A program made the position numbers and the translations under genes. This document shows positions 42,472-51,942 of a stretch of 64,000 nucleotides of DNA, one piece after another (positions within the stretch are counted from its first letter, which is position 1; each line of letters starts with the position of its first letter). The notes under the pieces are model-generated. The model was given only the letters and a program-made list of their open reading frames with translations. It made no database searches and was not told where the DNA came from. Source of the stretch: Spirochaetales bacterium (lineage in GTDB: Bacteria; Spirochaetota; Leptospiria; Leptospirales; Leptonemataceae); NCBI GenBank assembly GCA_015075425.1, contig JABTUL010000003.1:216693-280692 (forward strand). Reading direction: 5' to 3'.

Positions 42472-43614
42472 ATGCTATTTCGCCTCATCTTAGCCGGGTT
42501 CCTTGTGGCTCCTGGCGCCTGTCGTAGCACTTTTGAAGATTTGCCGGGAGATAAGGTTACGCGCATCGGCTTTGGCTCCTGTGCGCGGCAGGACGAACCG
42601 CAGCCGATCTGGGATGATGTCCTGTCAGCCAATCCAGACCTTTTCATCTTAATGGGCGATAATGTTTACGCTGACACGATTGACATGGGAGCCATGCGCC
42701 GCGCCTACCAGAGATTTGGCGAAGTGCCCGGCTTTAAGAAGTTGCGGCAGGCGCGCCCCGTCATTGCAACCTGGGACGATCATGATTATGGGGCCAATGA
42801 CGCCGGCGCCGAATATCCGCGCAAGGATGAGGCGCAGCGCATCTTCCTGGACTTTTTCCATGAACCGCAAGCCTCTGCCCGCAGGAATTCTCCTGGAGTT
42901 TATGCGTCCTACTACGCCAGTCCGGGCAGCCCGATTCTGTCAGCTGAGCCGGGAGGGAGGCAATCGGAGCTCGGTCCGCGCATTCAAATCATTTTGCTGG
43001 ATACCCGCTACTTTCGCGACGCATTGCACGCCGCTCCCGATTCGCGGCCAGGAAAGCGTCGCTATCTGCCGCATCGCGATTCAAAGCATACACTTCTTGG
43101 TAGCGCGCAGTGGCAATGGCTGGAAAAAGAACTGCGGCAACCGGCTGAGATTCGCATTGTGGTGTCGAGCATTCAAGTGCTTCCCGTGGACCATCCTGGA
43201 GAGCGCTGGGATACGTTTCCGCACGAGCGAACCCGGCTTTTCCAATTGTTGCGAGCAGCGCGCTCACAGGTGATTGTCCTTTTAAGCGGAGACCGTCACT
43301 ATGGTGAAATTTCCAGATTGCCGGCCGGGCGCACAATCGATTTGCAACGCACTTTGCCTTACGAGCACTCGAGCGTCGCAGAAGGGGATTTAGTAAAGGA
43401 TCTGTATGAAATCACTTCGTCCAGTTTGACGTCGCCCTGGCATGAGGGCTCCCTGTTGCCCAATCGGTTTCGACTGACCGGCACGCGCACACATGCTGTG
43501 CCGAACTTCGGACTGCTACAGATCAACTGGACGCAGGGTTTTGTGCGCGCCCAGTTGCGCGGGCCTTCCGGCATCCTTCTGGAAAGTGTTGGAATTCCCT
43601 TTTCCGGCGATTGA
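42472..43614 (+). CDS. PhoD-like alkaline phosphatase/phosphodiesterase lipoprotein
   Basis: MLFRLILAGFLVAPGAC lipobox. IGFGSCARQDEPQPIW, FILMGDNVYAD, TWDDHDYGANDAG and LLSGDRHYGE are PhoD/metallophosphatase motifs. The track ORF starts at 42412. Confidence 0.85.
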   Translation: MLFRLILAGFLVAPGACRSTFEDLPGDKVTRIGFGSCARQDEPQPIWDDVLSANPDLFILMGDNVYADTIDMGAMRRAYQRFGEVPGFKKLRQARPVIATWDDHDYGANDAGAEYPRKDEAQRIFLDFFHEPQASARRNSPGVYASYYASPGSPILSAEPGGRQSELGPRIQIILLDTRYFRDALHAAPDSRPGKRRYLPHRDSKHTLLGSAQWQWLEKELRQPAEIRIVVSSIQVLPVDHPGERWDTFPHERTRLFQLLRAARSQVIVLLSGDRHYGEISRLPAGRTIDLQRTLPYEHSSVAEGDLVKDLYEITSSSLTSPWHEGSLLPNRFRLTGTRTHAVPNFGLLQINWTQGFVRAQLRGPSGILLESVGIPFSGD

Positions 43615-43692
43615 CCCTGCCTGGCTCTTTTTTTCTTGCCCCGGCAGCGGCCCGGTGGTAGGCAAGTTTAGAGACTAAAACAGGACAAAGGG

Positions 43693-44859
43693 ATGGGCAG
43701 CAGGGTAGTATCTTTAGCTGCATTGCTGGTAAGCCTGCAATGCGCACATTTTGATGCACAGAGCTACTATGCAGGCCTGCTGTTGAATTCTCCCTCTTCG
43801 GGCGGCAGCTCCGGTTCGGTAGATGCTCTCAAGGCGCAGGGCTGGACAAAGCGGCTCAAAATCAATGCGTTGAACGCCAGCAGTGCAGAATCATTCACTG
43901 ATTTTCCCCTTTTGGTTCACCTCGATTCCACGCGTATCAGTTACGGGGACACAGAAAATAGCGGAGCAGATGTTCGTTTCACCGATTCAAGTGGAGCGCT
44001 GCTGGACTATCAGCTGGAACGCTGGAACGAGTCCGGAACGTCCACTGTCTGGGTGCGCATGCCTGCCATAAGCGCCAGCAGCGATGAAGATTATTTGTAT
44101 TTTTATTATGGTAATCCGAGTGCCTCGGCCAGCGAAAGCGCATCCAGCATCTGGACGGACAACTATCGAGCAGTCTGGCATTTTACCGAGCAAAATTCCG
44201 ATCCGGCGCCTCAGTTCAAGGATAGCTCTTCTTACGGGCACCACGGAACGGCAACAGGTATGGGAGCGGCAGCGCGTACAGGCAGTCTGGTTGGCTACGG
44301 TCAGAACTTTGTGGGCTCCGGTCACGTTAACGTTACAGACACGACTCATTTACGACTGACCAACGATTTCACACTTGAATCCTTGTTTCAGTGGAATGGA
44401 GGTGGCGGCAGTTACGGATACGTTATCGAAAAAGGTCAGAACGATGATGATAACTATGCCTTATTCTTTACGATTGCGGGAGGACGGCTCGCTACGGAGT
44501 ACCAGGATAGCGCCGGAACATACCGCAACCCGACGGAAACGCCGGCCACTTCAGTCACCTCAGGCACCTACGTCTTTGCCGCCGTCACCTACGACCGGGC
44601 CGCTTTGAGATTTCGCTTTTATAAAAACGGCATCCTTACCGCGACTGTGGCCGCTCCGGGAGGCAACCCGATTGCTGGAGATCAAACCTTTGATCTGCGG
44701 ATTGGGCGTCAGGATTTTGGAGGAGGCAATTTTTATTTTTACGGTACCATTGACGACGTCGCTATCTCCAGCGCTCGCCGCTCCGATGAATACCTCCTGG
44801 CACGTAACAAAAGCTTCCGGGATACTTTTTTGCAATACGGATCGCCGGAAGACTTATGA
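43693..44859 (+). CDS. DUF2341 plus LamG (concanavalin A-like lectin) domain lipoprotein
   Basis: Lipobox LLVSLQC. FTDFPLLVHLDSTRISY...ADVRFTDSSGALLDYQLERWNESGTSTVWVRMP...YFYYGNP is DUF2341-like. The C-terminal half ending in GTIDDVAISSARRSDEY is LamG-like. Confidence 0.75.
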   Translation: MGSRVVSLAALLVSLQCAHFDAQSYYAGLLLNSPSSGGSSGSVDALKAQGWTKRLKINALNASSAESFTDFPLLVHLDSTRISYGDTENSGADVRFTDSSGALLDYQLERWNESGTSTVWVRMPAISASSDEDYLYFYYGNPSASASESASSIWTDNYRAVWHFTEQNSDPAPQFKDSSSYGHHGTATGMGAAARTGSLVGYGQNFVGSGHVNVTDTTHLRLTNDFTLESLFQWNGGGGSYGYVIEKGQNDDDNYALFFTIAGGRLATEYQDSAGTYRNPTETPATSVTSGTYVFAAVTYDRAALRFRFYKNGILTATVAAPGGNPIAGDQTFDLRIGRQDFGGGNFYFYGTIDDVAISSARRSDEYLLARNKSFRDTFLQYGSPEDL

Positions 44860-44928
44860 CCGTTTGACAGGTCGCCGGCAGCGCCCCGGCCGGCTCGATG
44901 AGGGTAAACCTCTGCCCGGAAATTGGCT

Positions 44929-46761
44929 TTAGTTCCAGACCCGGGCCAGCCGGCTGCGAGCCGTCCCATTGTAGCTGGTATAGTCCCCACCCAGCAGGAT
45001 GCGTCCCGTTGACTGTAAAGCTATGAAGTTCACTGTGGCCAGAGATCCGGCCACTCCTGTTCCGGGGTTGAAGCCCGCTTCAAGGCTCCCGTCCGGGTTC
45101 AAACGGGCAATACCCGGCCTGGAGGTTCCATTGTAAGTGGCAAAACTTCCACCGATCAATATTTGACCGTCAGACTGTAGCCGCACGGTCTGTACGGTAT
45201 TATTTGCTCCGGTGCCCGGCAAGAAACTGAGGTCAAGCGATCCATCACTCAGGACACGAGCGATCCGGTTGCGTGCGGATCCACCAAAGGTCGTGAATGC
45301 CCCACCGGCAACGATGCTTCCATCTGTCTGCAGGGCCAGGGAATGAATCACGCCATTGGCTCCAGACCCCACATTGAAGGAGGTATCCAGACTTCCATCC
45401 GTATTGATGCGGGCCAAACGGGTGCGCCCGGTACCATTGTAGCTGGTGAAATTGCCGCCGATCAGCACCTTACCGTCACCCTGCAAGGTTACGGCCAGAA
45501 CGTTGTTACTGGCACCCGTCCCGGGGTCAAATGTGGTATCAAGAGTGCCGTCTGCGTTAATGCGTGCAATCCGCGCTCTTGCTGTTCCATCATAAGTCGT
45601 AAAGGAGCCACCAATGATAATTTTGCCATCTGTTTGAACGGCAATGGTGTCCACCGGTGCGTCTGCGCCCGTCCCTGGATTAAAGGTCATATCCAGAGAA
45701 CCGTCAGAGTTCAAGCGGGCAATCCGGTTGCGGGCCGTTCCGTTGTAGGAGGCAAAAAGCCCACCGATCAGGATCTTACCATCTGTTTGCAGGGCTAAAG
45801 CTCTCACGCCAGCCGAGGCACCGCTTCCAACGATGAAACCAGTATCCAGGGCACCGTTGGCCTCCACCCGGGCCACGTAGGCTCTGGCTGTTCCATTGTA
45901 GGTAATGAGGTTTCCGACGATGACAATTTTATCATCACTCTGCACAGCCATTTCCACTACTGTATCGTTGGCTCCGGTGCCCGGGCTGAAAGAGGTATCA
46001 AGAGCCCCTGGAGGGGAAGCCGTAGTAAACGATTGCGCACTGTAGAGCGATTGATTGCCGGCCTGGTCGCGGACGATCACGGCAAAATGGTATGTGGTGC
46101 TGGCCGCGAGGCCAGTCGCTGTGGATCCGACCGAGGCCGCAGTCCAGTCCATGAGTAGATCTCCGCCTGTCTTGGCCAGTGCCATGGCCAGAGTTCCCAG
46201 ATTCGCGGCGGTTGTATCGTCCTTGACAAGACGGTACTCCAGATTCGCGGTCGGGCTAATGTTGTCCGCAGCGGCTCCCCAGGACAGGGTGATCGACGTT
46301 GTTGTCGAGGAAGAGGAGGCAATGGCTGTTCCCACCGTGGGGGCCAGGGTATCAATAGTATACTGCGCCTCTCCCATTTCTGATGAGGAAGTGCCGGCTG
46401 AGCAGGACACGGCGCGGATCGTTGTAGCGGTGGCCACGTTCACCGGGGCAGAGTAAAGATTTCCCGCAGTGCAAGAATCACCGCTGCAGGAAGGAGCGGA
46501 CCCATCGACCGTATAACAGATGGTGGTTTGATCACTCTGGATGGCTACATTCTGGGCACTGGCGTAGATGCCACCAGCCGGATTGAAGCTGGGGGCTCTG
46601 GAAAGGGTGCTTCCCCCGGTCGCATTTGATTCTGTCACCAGGAGCAGGGCCTGGGCGGGCTGAAAGGAAGGAAAGCCCGGGGTGCAACTGCCGGCGCAAA
46701 CCAGCAGAAAGGAGGCAAAATGCCAGGGGTGACCCGCGTGACCATCAACCTTTGATTGCAT
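44929..46761 (-). CDS. Delta-60-repeat beta-propeller lipoprotein with N-terminal Ig/FN3-like domains
   Basis: Start chosen at MQSKVDGHAGHPWHFASFLLVCAGSC (lipobox). About 8 repeats of about 52 aa of the type DGSLDTSFNPGTGANxxVxxxAxQxDGKIxIGGxFTxYNGTxRxRIARxN. FN3-like segment LSWGAAADN...YHFAVIVRD. The track ORF extends to 46893. Confidence 0.75.
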   Translation of the reverse strand: MQSKVDGHAGHPWHFASFLLVCAGSCTPGFPSFQPAQALLLVTESNATGGSTLSRAPSFNPAGGIYASAQNVAIQSDQTTICYTVDGSAPSCSGDSCTAGNLYSAPVNVATATTIRAVSCSAGTSSSEMGEAQYTIDTLAPTVGTAIASSSSTTTSITLSWGAAADNISPTANLEYRLVKDDTTAANLGTLAMALAKTGGDLLMDWTAASVGSTATGLAASTTYHFAVIVRDQAGNQSLYSAQSFTTASPPGALDTSFSPGTGANDTVVEMAVQSDDKIVIVGNLITYNGTARAYVARVEANGALDTGFIVGSGASAGVRALALQTDGKILIGGLFASYNGTARNRIARLNSDGSLDMTFNPGTGADAPVDTIAVQTDGKIIIGGSFTTYDGTARARIARINADGTLDTTFDPGTGASNNVLAVTLQGDGKVLIGGNFTSYNGTGRTRLARINTDGSLDTSFNVGSGANGVIHSLALQTDGSIVAGGAFTTFGGSARNRIARVLSDGSLDLSFLPGTGANNTVQTVRLQSDGQILIGGSFATYNGTSRPGIARLNPDGSLEAGFNPGTGVAGSLATVNFIALQSTGRILLGGDYTSYNGTARSRLARVWN

Positions 46762-46829
46762 AAGGTTAATATCGGTATTGATTGTGCGTGGATTGGCAAG
46801 CAAAAAAAAGGCGGTGCGGCTCATGCGTG

Positions 46830-47195
46830 CGATGATTGGGATCCAGATCCATACGGCCGCGCTGCGCGACCGGCTGCCGGATATGTCGACCATCCGCCTC
46901 TTTCTATCTGGATTTTGACCCTTTCCTGCGCCGATACCCTGCCATTCCTCCGATTGTTTCCTGCTCTGGCCGGCGCTTTCACGGTAATTCTGGCCGCTTC
47001 GTTTTGTCAGGATTCATCAGGGTACGCCGGCCCTGCAGATCCTGGCCGCGCTGGCGACTCTCTCAGCGCCCGTCTTGCTGGTGATCTTTGGATTTTATTC
47101 GATGAACGCATTTGAAATTTTATTAATCATGGCGCTTTTGTTTGTAACGTCAGAAATGATTCGCCGCAAGCGACCCTCAGGGGTAGAGATTCCCG
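46830..47195 (+). pseudogene. Frameshifted, truncated relic of a GT-C (ArnT/PMT_2-like) glycosyltransferase
   Basis: Frame A reads ...GYVDHPPLSIWILTLSCADTLPFLRLFPALAGAFTVILAASF. After a frameshift near 46995-47010, frame C continues VRIHQGTPALQILAALATLSAPVLLVIFGFYSMNAFEILLIMALLFVTSE. Together they resemble the first about 110 aa of the TM core of ArnT-like enzymes. No N-terminus and no remaining about 400 aa. Confidence 0.45.
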
Positions 47196-47248
47196 CGACC
47201 GGGCTGAATATTGTTTGTAACAGAACACCGCTCTCCAGAATCGCACTC

Positions 47249-48502
47249 ATGACGCCTGTGGAGCAAACTTTGAACTGGCTTGCTGACAAACGGGACGTCA
47301 TGATCGAGCGTGTGCTGGAATGGAGCGCCGTAAATTCCGGAACAGACAACCTGCCAGGGCTGGCGCGCCAGGCTCAACTCCTCGAGCGCGACTTCAGCGC
47401 CCTTGGCGCCCGCTTTGAGCGTCGGATGGGTCCGCCGGAGCGCATTCTGAATAACAGCGGAGAAATGGATGAAGTGGAACGCGCGCCCGTGCTTTTCTGG
47501 AAAAAAAGACCCGAAGCTCCTTTTCAGGTTTTTCTGGCCATCCATTACGATACGGTTTATCCAGCCGATTCATCGTTTCAAAGGGCGACCTGGCTGGACC
47601 ATCAAACCCTGCAGGGACCTGGCGTGGCCGACGCCAAAGGCGGCATTGCCGTCCTCCTCTACGGCCTCCTGGCTCTCGAGCGCCATCCGGCAGCGGCCCA
47701 ACTGGGCTGGGTCGTGGCTCTGAATGGAGACGAAGAGGTGGGTTCCCCTTCTTCCACGCCTCTCTTACTGGAGGCTGTACAGGGCGCCCGGGTTGGCTTT
47801 CTCTTTGAGCCTACTCTGCCGGATGGATCGCTTGTGCGCAACCGCAAGGCTTCGGGCAACTTCTCCTGTCTGATTCGGGGACGCCCCGCGCACGTGGGTC
47901 GGGATTTTCAATCCGGTCGCTCAGCCCTTTTTGCCGCAGCCGATTTCCTGCATGGTCTGAGCGCACTCAACAACCACCCCGGGCTGATTGCCAACGCCGG
48001 TCGGGTAGATGGCGGCGGTCCTTCCAATGTTGTGCCGGATCTTGCCATTGTACGTTTCAATCTGCGGGCTGCATCTCAAGCCGACATCGATTTTGCGCAC
48101 GATCAACTCAAGGTCTTGATAGCAGAATTGAATGCCCGCGACGGAATCCAGGCTCAACTGGAAGGAGACTTCAGCTCCCCTCCCAAAATTCTGGACGCTG
48201 CCGGGTTGGATCTGCTGGAATTCGTTCGTGAGTGCGCTCGCGAGGAGGGTCTGGAATTGGGCTTGCGCGACACGGGCGGCGCCTGCGACGGCAACCGATT
48301 GATGGGGGCCGGTCTGCCCAATGTGGATACTCTGGGCGTGCGTGGCGATTGTATTCACAGCGATCGGGAAATTCTGTTTGTGGATTCTCTGGTGGAGCGC
48401 GCGCGCCTTTTCGCGCGGATCCTGTGTAGCCTGGCCGATAATCCGGACAGAGTGCGCGCGGATCGCAGCATGGTGGCGATCACGGGGGGATCGGTATGTT
48501 GA
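47249..48502 (+). CDS. M20 family metallopeptidase/deacylase (ArgE/DapE/CPG2-like)
   Basis: Start chosen at MTPVEQTLNWLADKRDVMIERVLEWSAVNSGT. LAIHYDTVYP, GPGVADAKGG, NGDEEVGS and DGGGPSNVVPD match M20 metal and catalytic blocks. The stop overlaps the astA start. Confidence 0.8.
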   Translation: MTPVEQTLNWLADKRDVMIERVLEWSAVNSGTDNLPGLARQAQLLERDFSALGARFERRMGPPERILNNSGEMDEVERAPVLFWKKRPEAPFQVFLAIHYDTVYPADSSFQRATWLDHQTLQGPGVADAKGGIAVLLYGLLALERHPAAAQLGWVVALNGDEEVGSPSSTPLLLEAVQGARVGFLFEPTLPDGSLVRNRKASGNFSCLIRGRPAHVGRDFQSGRSALFAAADFLHGLSALNNHPGLIANAGRVDGGGPSNVVPDLAIVRFNLRAASQADIDFAHDQLKVLIAELNARDGIQAQLEGDFSSPPKILDAAGLDLLEFVRECAREEGLELGLRDTGGACDGNRLMGAGLPNVDTLGVRGDCIHSDREILFVDSLVERARLFARILCSLADNPDRVRADRSMVAITGGSVC

Positions 48503-49506
48503 TTTTTCGGCCCATGACCATGCACGACCTGGACGATCTGTATGCCCTGGCCATGGAAAGCGCTTTCGGGCTGACAACCCTCACCCGTGACCGCGACGCC
48601 CTGGCGCGCAAGATCAGCCACGCCGAACACAGCTTCCATCTCAAAGCCGAACGGCCCGGCGGCGAGACCTATTTGTTTGCGCTGGAGGACTCATCCCGAC
48701 GCCGCGTGATCGGCACGGCTGCGGTTGAATCCAAGGTGGGCGGCTTCCAGCCTTTCTATTCTTTTCGCCTGGAAGAAATGATCCGTCGCAGCGAAACTCT
48801 GAGCGCGGTGCGGGAACTGCGGTTGCTCCATTTGCATACGGAACATGACGGTCCCACGGCAATAGGAACGCTCTATTTGATGCCGGAATACCGCCGTGAT
48901 GGTAATGGCCGCTTTCTTTCTCTTGCGCGCTTTATTTTTATGGCGATGTTCCCGCAGGCCTTTGAGAAGAAGGTCATCGCGGAGATGCGCGGGATTTCCG
49001 ATGAGTCGGGACGTTCTCCCTTCTGGGAAGCTGTGGGGTCGCACTTCTTTGGCATTGACTTTCCGCGAGCCGATTACTTGAGCAGCATAGATAAAAAATT
49101 CATCGCAGAGCTTATGCCTCACTATCCTGTTTATGCCAACCTGCTGCCGGAGTCGGCCCGCAACGCACTGGGGAAAACGCATCCCAGCACGGAGCCGGCC
49201 TTAAAGATTCTTTACAACGAAGGCTTTTCTTTTATGCATCACATCGATATTTTTGATGGAGGGCCTCTGGTACACGCATCCCTCCCGGAGATCCGCACGA
49301 TCAAGAGGAGCCGCCGCTGTCGGCTGGAAGGAATTCTCGATCCGGCTGAAGGCGACAGTATTCTGATGGTAGCGACTCAGGAGCCGTTTCGGGTAACGCG
49401 CAGCGCTGCGCGCTCGCAGGGAGATGGTCTGCTTCTGGAGAAATCGGCCGTGCGGCTTCTGGGCCTGGAAGCCGGTCAGGAATTCCAGGCCTGCGAGCTC
49501 AAGTAA
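48496..49506 (+). CDS. astA: Arginine N-succinyltransferase
   Basis: Colinear similarity to AstA over the whole length: MLIFRPMTMHDLDDLYALA..., YLFALEDS...IGTAAVE, LYLMPEYRRDGNGRFLSLARFIFMA, VIAEMRGISDESGRSPFWEAVGSHFF. Confidence 0.9.
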   Translation: MLIFRPMTMHDLDDLYALAMESAFGLTTLTRDRDALARKISHAEHSFHLKAERPGGETYLFALEDSSRRRVIGTAAVESKVGGFQPFYSFRLEEMIRRSETLSAVRELRLLHLHTEHDGPTAIGTLYLMPEYRRDGNGRFLSLARFIFMAMFPQAFEKKVIAEMRGISDESGRSPFWEAVGSHFFGIDFPRADYLSSIDKKFIAELMPHYPVYANLLPESARNALGKTHPSTEPALKILYNEGFSFMHHIDIFDGGPLVHASLPEIRTIKRSRRCRLEGILDPAEGDSILMVATQEPFRVTRSAARSQGDGLLLEKSAVRLLGLEAGQEFQACELK

Positions 49507-49508
49507 TC

Positions 49509-50966
49509 GTGGAGAAGGCGCATTTCATCAACGGAGAGTGGCGGCAGAGTGGCGGCGATGTGTTTCAGGCGCGCGACAAATGCACCCTGGAAAGCATGGG
49601 CGATTTCGCTTCGGCCGGTGCTGTGGAAGTTACCCGCGCACTCGAAAGCGCGCGCGCTTCCCTGCCTCAGTGGGCCGCTCTTGCCGATGAGGAGCGTTTT
49701 GCCATTATGCGCCGTTATGCGAGCTTGATTTCTAACAAGAAAGAAGAAATTGCCCTGCTGATCTCGCGCGAAACAGGGAAACCGCTGGCTGAAGGTCGCC
49801 AGGAGGCGGATACCATGGCCGCCAAAGTGGAGCTTTCCATCCAGGCGCGCCTGGAGCGGCAGACTGAACTGTCCCGGATAGCTGGCGGGTCTCAATTGCG
49901 ATTGCGCTGGCGGCCGCTGGGCGTTGTGGCTGTTTACGGCCCTTTTAATATGCCTGGACATCTGCCGGGCAGTCATTTTGTTCCGGCACTGATCGCTGGC
50001 AATACGGTTGTGTTCAAGCCTTCTGAGTTGACGCCCGTCACCGGCGCCTGGATTACTTCTGCTCTTGCAGAATCCGGGTTGCCGCCTGGAGTCTTCCATT
50101 GCCTGCAAGGCCAGAAGACCACGGGTGTGGAGATCGCTTCACGCCCCGTGCTCGACGGATTATTTTTTACCGGAAGCTCGGCCACGGGCAAGGCTCTGGC
50201 CGCTGCCTCGGCCGGTCATGTGGATAGGTTGCTCGCCCTGGAGATGGGTGGGAACAATGCGCTGGTCGTGCATGAAATCCAGGATCCTCTCGCCGCCGCC
50301 CGGCAGACTGTGCTCTCTGCGTATATCACGGCCGGCCAGCGTTGCACCTGTGCCAGACGTTTGATCGTCCCGCATGGAGAGGAGGGGGATCGTTTTCTTT
50401 TAGCGCTCCAGGATCTTGTGCAAAAGATCCGGGTGGGCTTCTATGATGAAAGCCCACCGGTTTTCATGGGACCGCTCATTTCCGAGCGCAGTGTGGAACT
50501 GCTTCTTGCGGCCCAGGAGCAACTCCGGGTCAAGGGCGCACGGCTTCTGTGCGAATCAAGGCGCCTCAGAAACCATCCGCTGCTACTCAGTCCGGGGCTT
50601 GCGGACGTGACCGGTATTTCTGTTCCCGACGAGGAGATTTTTGGTCCTTTCTTACAGGTAATTCGCACCAGAGATTTTGCCACAGCCATCGTGGAGGCCA
50701 ATCGCACTTCTTACGGGCTTGCCGCCGGACTTCTGTCGGATAATAGAGGGAACTGGGAAATCTTTCGAAAGCAAGCGCAGGCCGGCGTGGTAAACTGGAA
50801 CAGGCAGACCACTGGCGCGAGCGGGCAGTTGCCTTTTGGCGGAATCGGACAAAGCGGAAATTATCGTCCCGGTGGTTATTTTGCCATCGACTACTGCGCC
50901 TATCCGGTGGCTTCTCTGGAATCGGAATCGAGCAGCACGGCACCTCTTGCTGGAGTGGAAGATTAG
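49509..50966 (+). CDS. astD: Succinylglutamate-semialdehyde dehydrogenase (aldehyde dehydrogenase family)
   Basis: GTG start. FINGEW, FKPSELTP, LEMGGNNA, ITAGQRCTCARR (catalytic Cys) and EEIFGP are ALDH blocks. Position immediately after astA. Confidence 0.85.
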   Translation: MEKAHFINGEWRQSGGDVFQARDKCTLESMGDFASAGAVEVTRALESARASLPQWAALADEERFAIMRRYASLISNKKEEIALLISRETGKPLAEGRQEADTMAAKVELSIQARLERQTELSRIAGGSQLRLRWRPLGVVAVYGPFNMPGHLPGSHFVPALIAGNTVVFKPSELTPVTGAWITSALAESGLPPGVFHCLQGQKTTGVEIASRPVLDGLFFTGSSATGKALAAASAGHVDRLLALEMGGNNALVVHEIQDPLAAARQTVLSAYITAGQRCTCARRLIVPHGEEGDRFLLALQDLVQKIRVGFYDESPPVFMGPLISERSVELLLAAQEQLRVKGARLLCESRRLRNHPLLLSPGLADVTGISVPDEEIFGPFLQVIRTRDFATAIVEANRTSYGLAAGLLSDNRGNWEIFRKQAQAGVVNWNRQTTGASGQLPFGGIGQSGNYRPGGYFAIDYCAYPVASLESESSSTAPLAGVED

Positions 50967-51056
50967 ATTGTCCTGACCGTTCTGCCGCTGATCGTGTCCG
51001 GGTGCCGGTTCCACGTTGGGGATTGGCGCTTGCCGGCAGGTCCTTCAGCATTTTGG

Positions 51057-51749
51057 TCATTCGACAGGCATCCAGATTTCATTCTTGCGTAGAAACCAGG
51101 GGGTGAACGGAGGATTGTAGCGTGACCAGACAGGCTGGCCCGTGATCTTCAGCCCATCGCGCTCCAGAGCTGTTCTAAGTAAATTTACTTTCTGCAAGTA
51201 GCTACCTTCCGACCAGAACCCCGAATAGCGATGCACGGCAAGAGAGCGCTGCCCAATTTCCTTCAAAACAACTCTGGAATCATTCGGAACCGGTAAGGTT
51301 TCCAGTGTATATTCGGCGGGCATCACAAACTGGTAAATGAAGCTTTGATCGCGCACTTCCATGGTCACTGGAGCGGTCATGGCTATTTTCTCTGATGCCT
51401 CCTGGCCGTACTGTGAGGTTACCGGAGCCGTCATCGCAATTTTTGTCCGGGATCGATTTTCGCCGGAAATATAGCCAAACAGGAGCCTGTGTGCAATGCC
51501 CCCGGCGTCATCGAAGCTGGCTTGCACTTTTGTCTCCGCAACCAACAGGGTGCCATAGCGCCTGACTTCGTATTCAGGCCCCGTTTTCTGGATCTGAAAA
51601 CCTGGCTCTTTCACTTTGACAAAGGCAGAACAGGCGCCAAGCGTGGCCACTACGCTCCATACGGCAAGGCGTGCCGCCTGAGGAAACAGCCTGCCAGTGA
51701 GTGGTAGCCGCACCTTCGTCTGCTTCTGGGCGGGAAAATTCCATTTCAT
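51057..51749 (-). CDS. SOUL heme-binding family lipoprotein
   Basis: Lipobox VVATLGAC. EPGFQIQKTGPEYEVRRYGTLLVAET...LLFGYISGENRSRTKIAMTAPV...KIAMTAPV...YNPPFTPWFLRKNEIW are SOUL/HBP signatures. Confidence 0.8.
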   Translation of the reverse strand: MKWNFPAQKQTKVRLPLTGRLFPQAARLAVWSVVATLGACSAFVKVKEPGFQIQKTGPEYEVRRYGTLLVAETKVQASFDDAGGIAHRLLFGYISGENRSRTKIAMTAPVTSQYGQEASEKIAMTAPVTMEVRDQSFIYQFVMPAEYTLETLPVPNDSRVVLKEIGQRSLAVHRYSGFWSEGSYLQKVNLLRTALERDGLKITGQPVWSRYNPPFTPWFLRKNEIWMPVE

Positions 51750-51840
51750 GGGTCAAGGGTAATAAATAAACATTTGACAGGCGAGCAGAGTTTTTCGTCA
51801 GCCAGGAAAAACTCGGGTCAATCCGGGCCTTTCGAAGTTA

Positions 51841-51885
51841 GGCAGTTGCCTTTTGGCGGAATCGGACAGAGTGGAAGATTATGGT
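51841..51885 (+). repeat. Orphan copy of an astD internal segment (ALDH relic) in intergenic DNA
   Basis: The 28 nt GGCAGTTGCCTTTTGGCGGAATCGGACA at 51841-51868 are identical to 50824-50851 inside astD, which encodes QLPFGGIGQSG. Weaker similarity continues for about 17 nt. Confidence 0.6.
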
Positions 51886-51942
51886 GCATGTCCCAACCAC
51901 GGAGAGAATGCGGGGAAGGCTCCGTCGATACAACGGTGGGCT

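Noticed and set aside
47921-50108. Antisense ORFs 47921..48577, 48691..49182 and 49476..50108 opposite the M20/astA/astD genes
   Set aside because: The sense-strand genes are confidently identified. The antisense ORFs are compositional artefacts.
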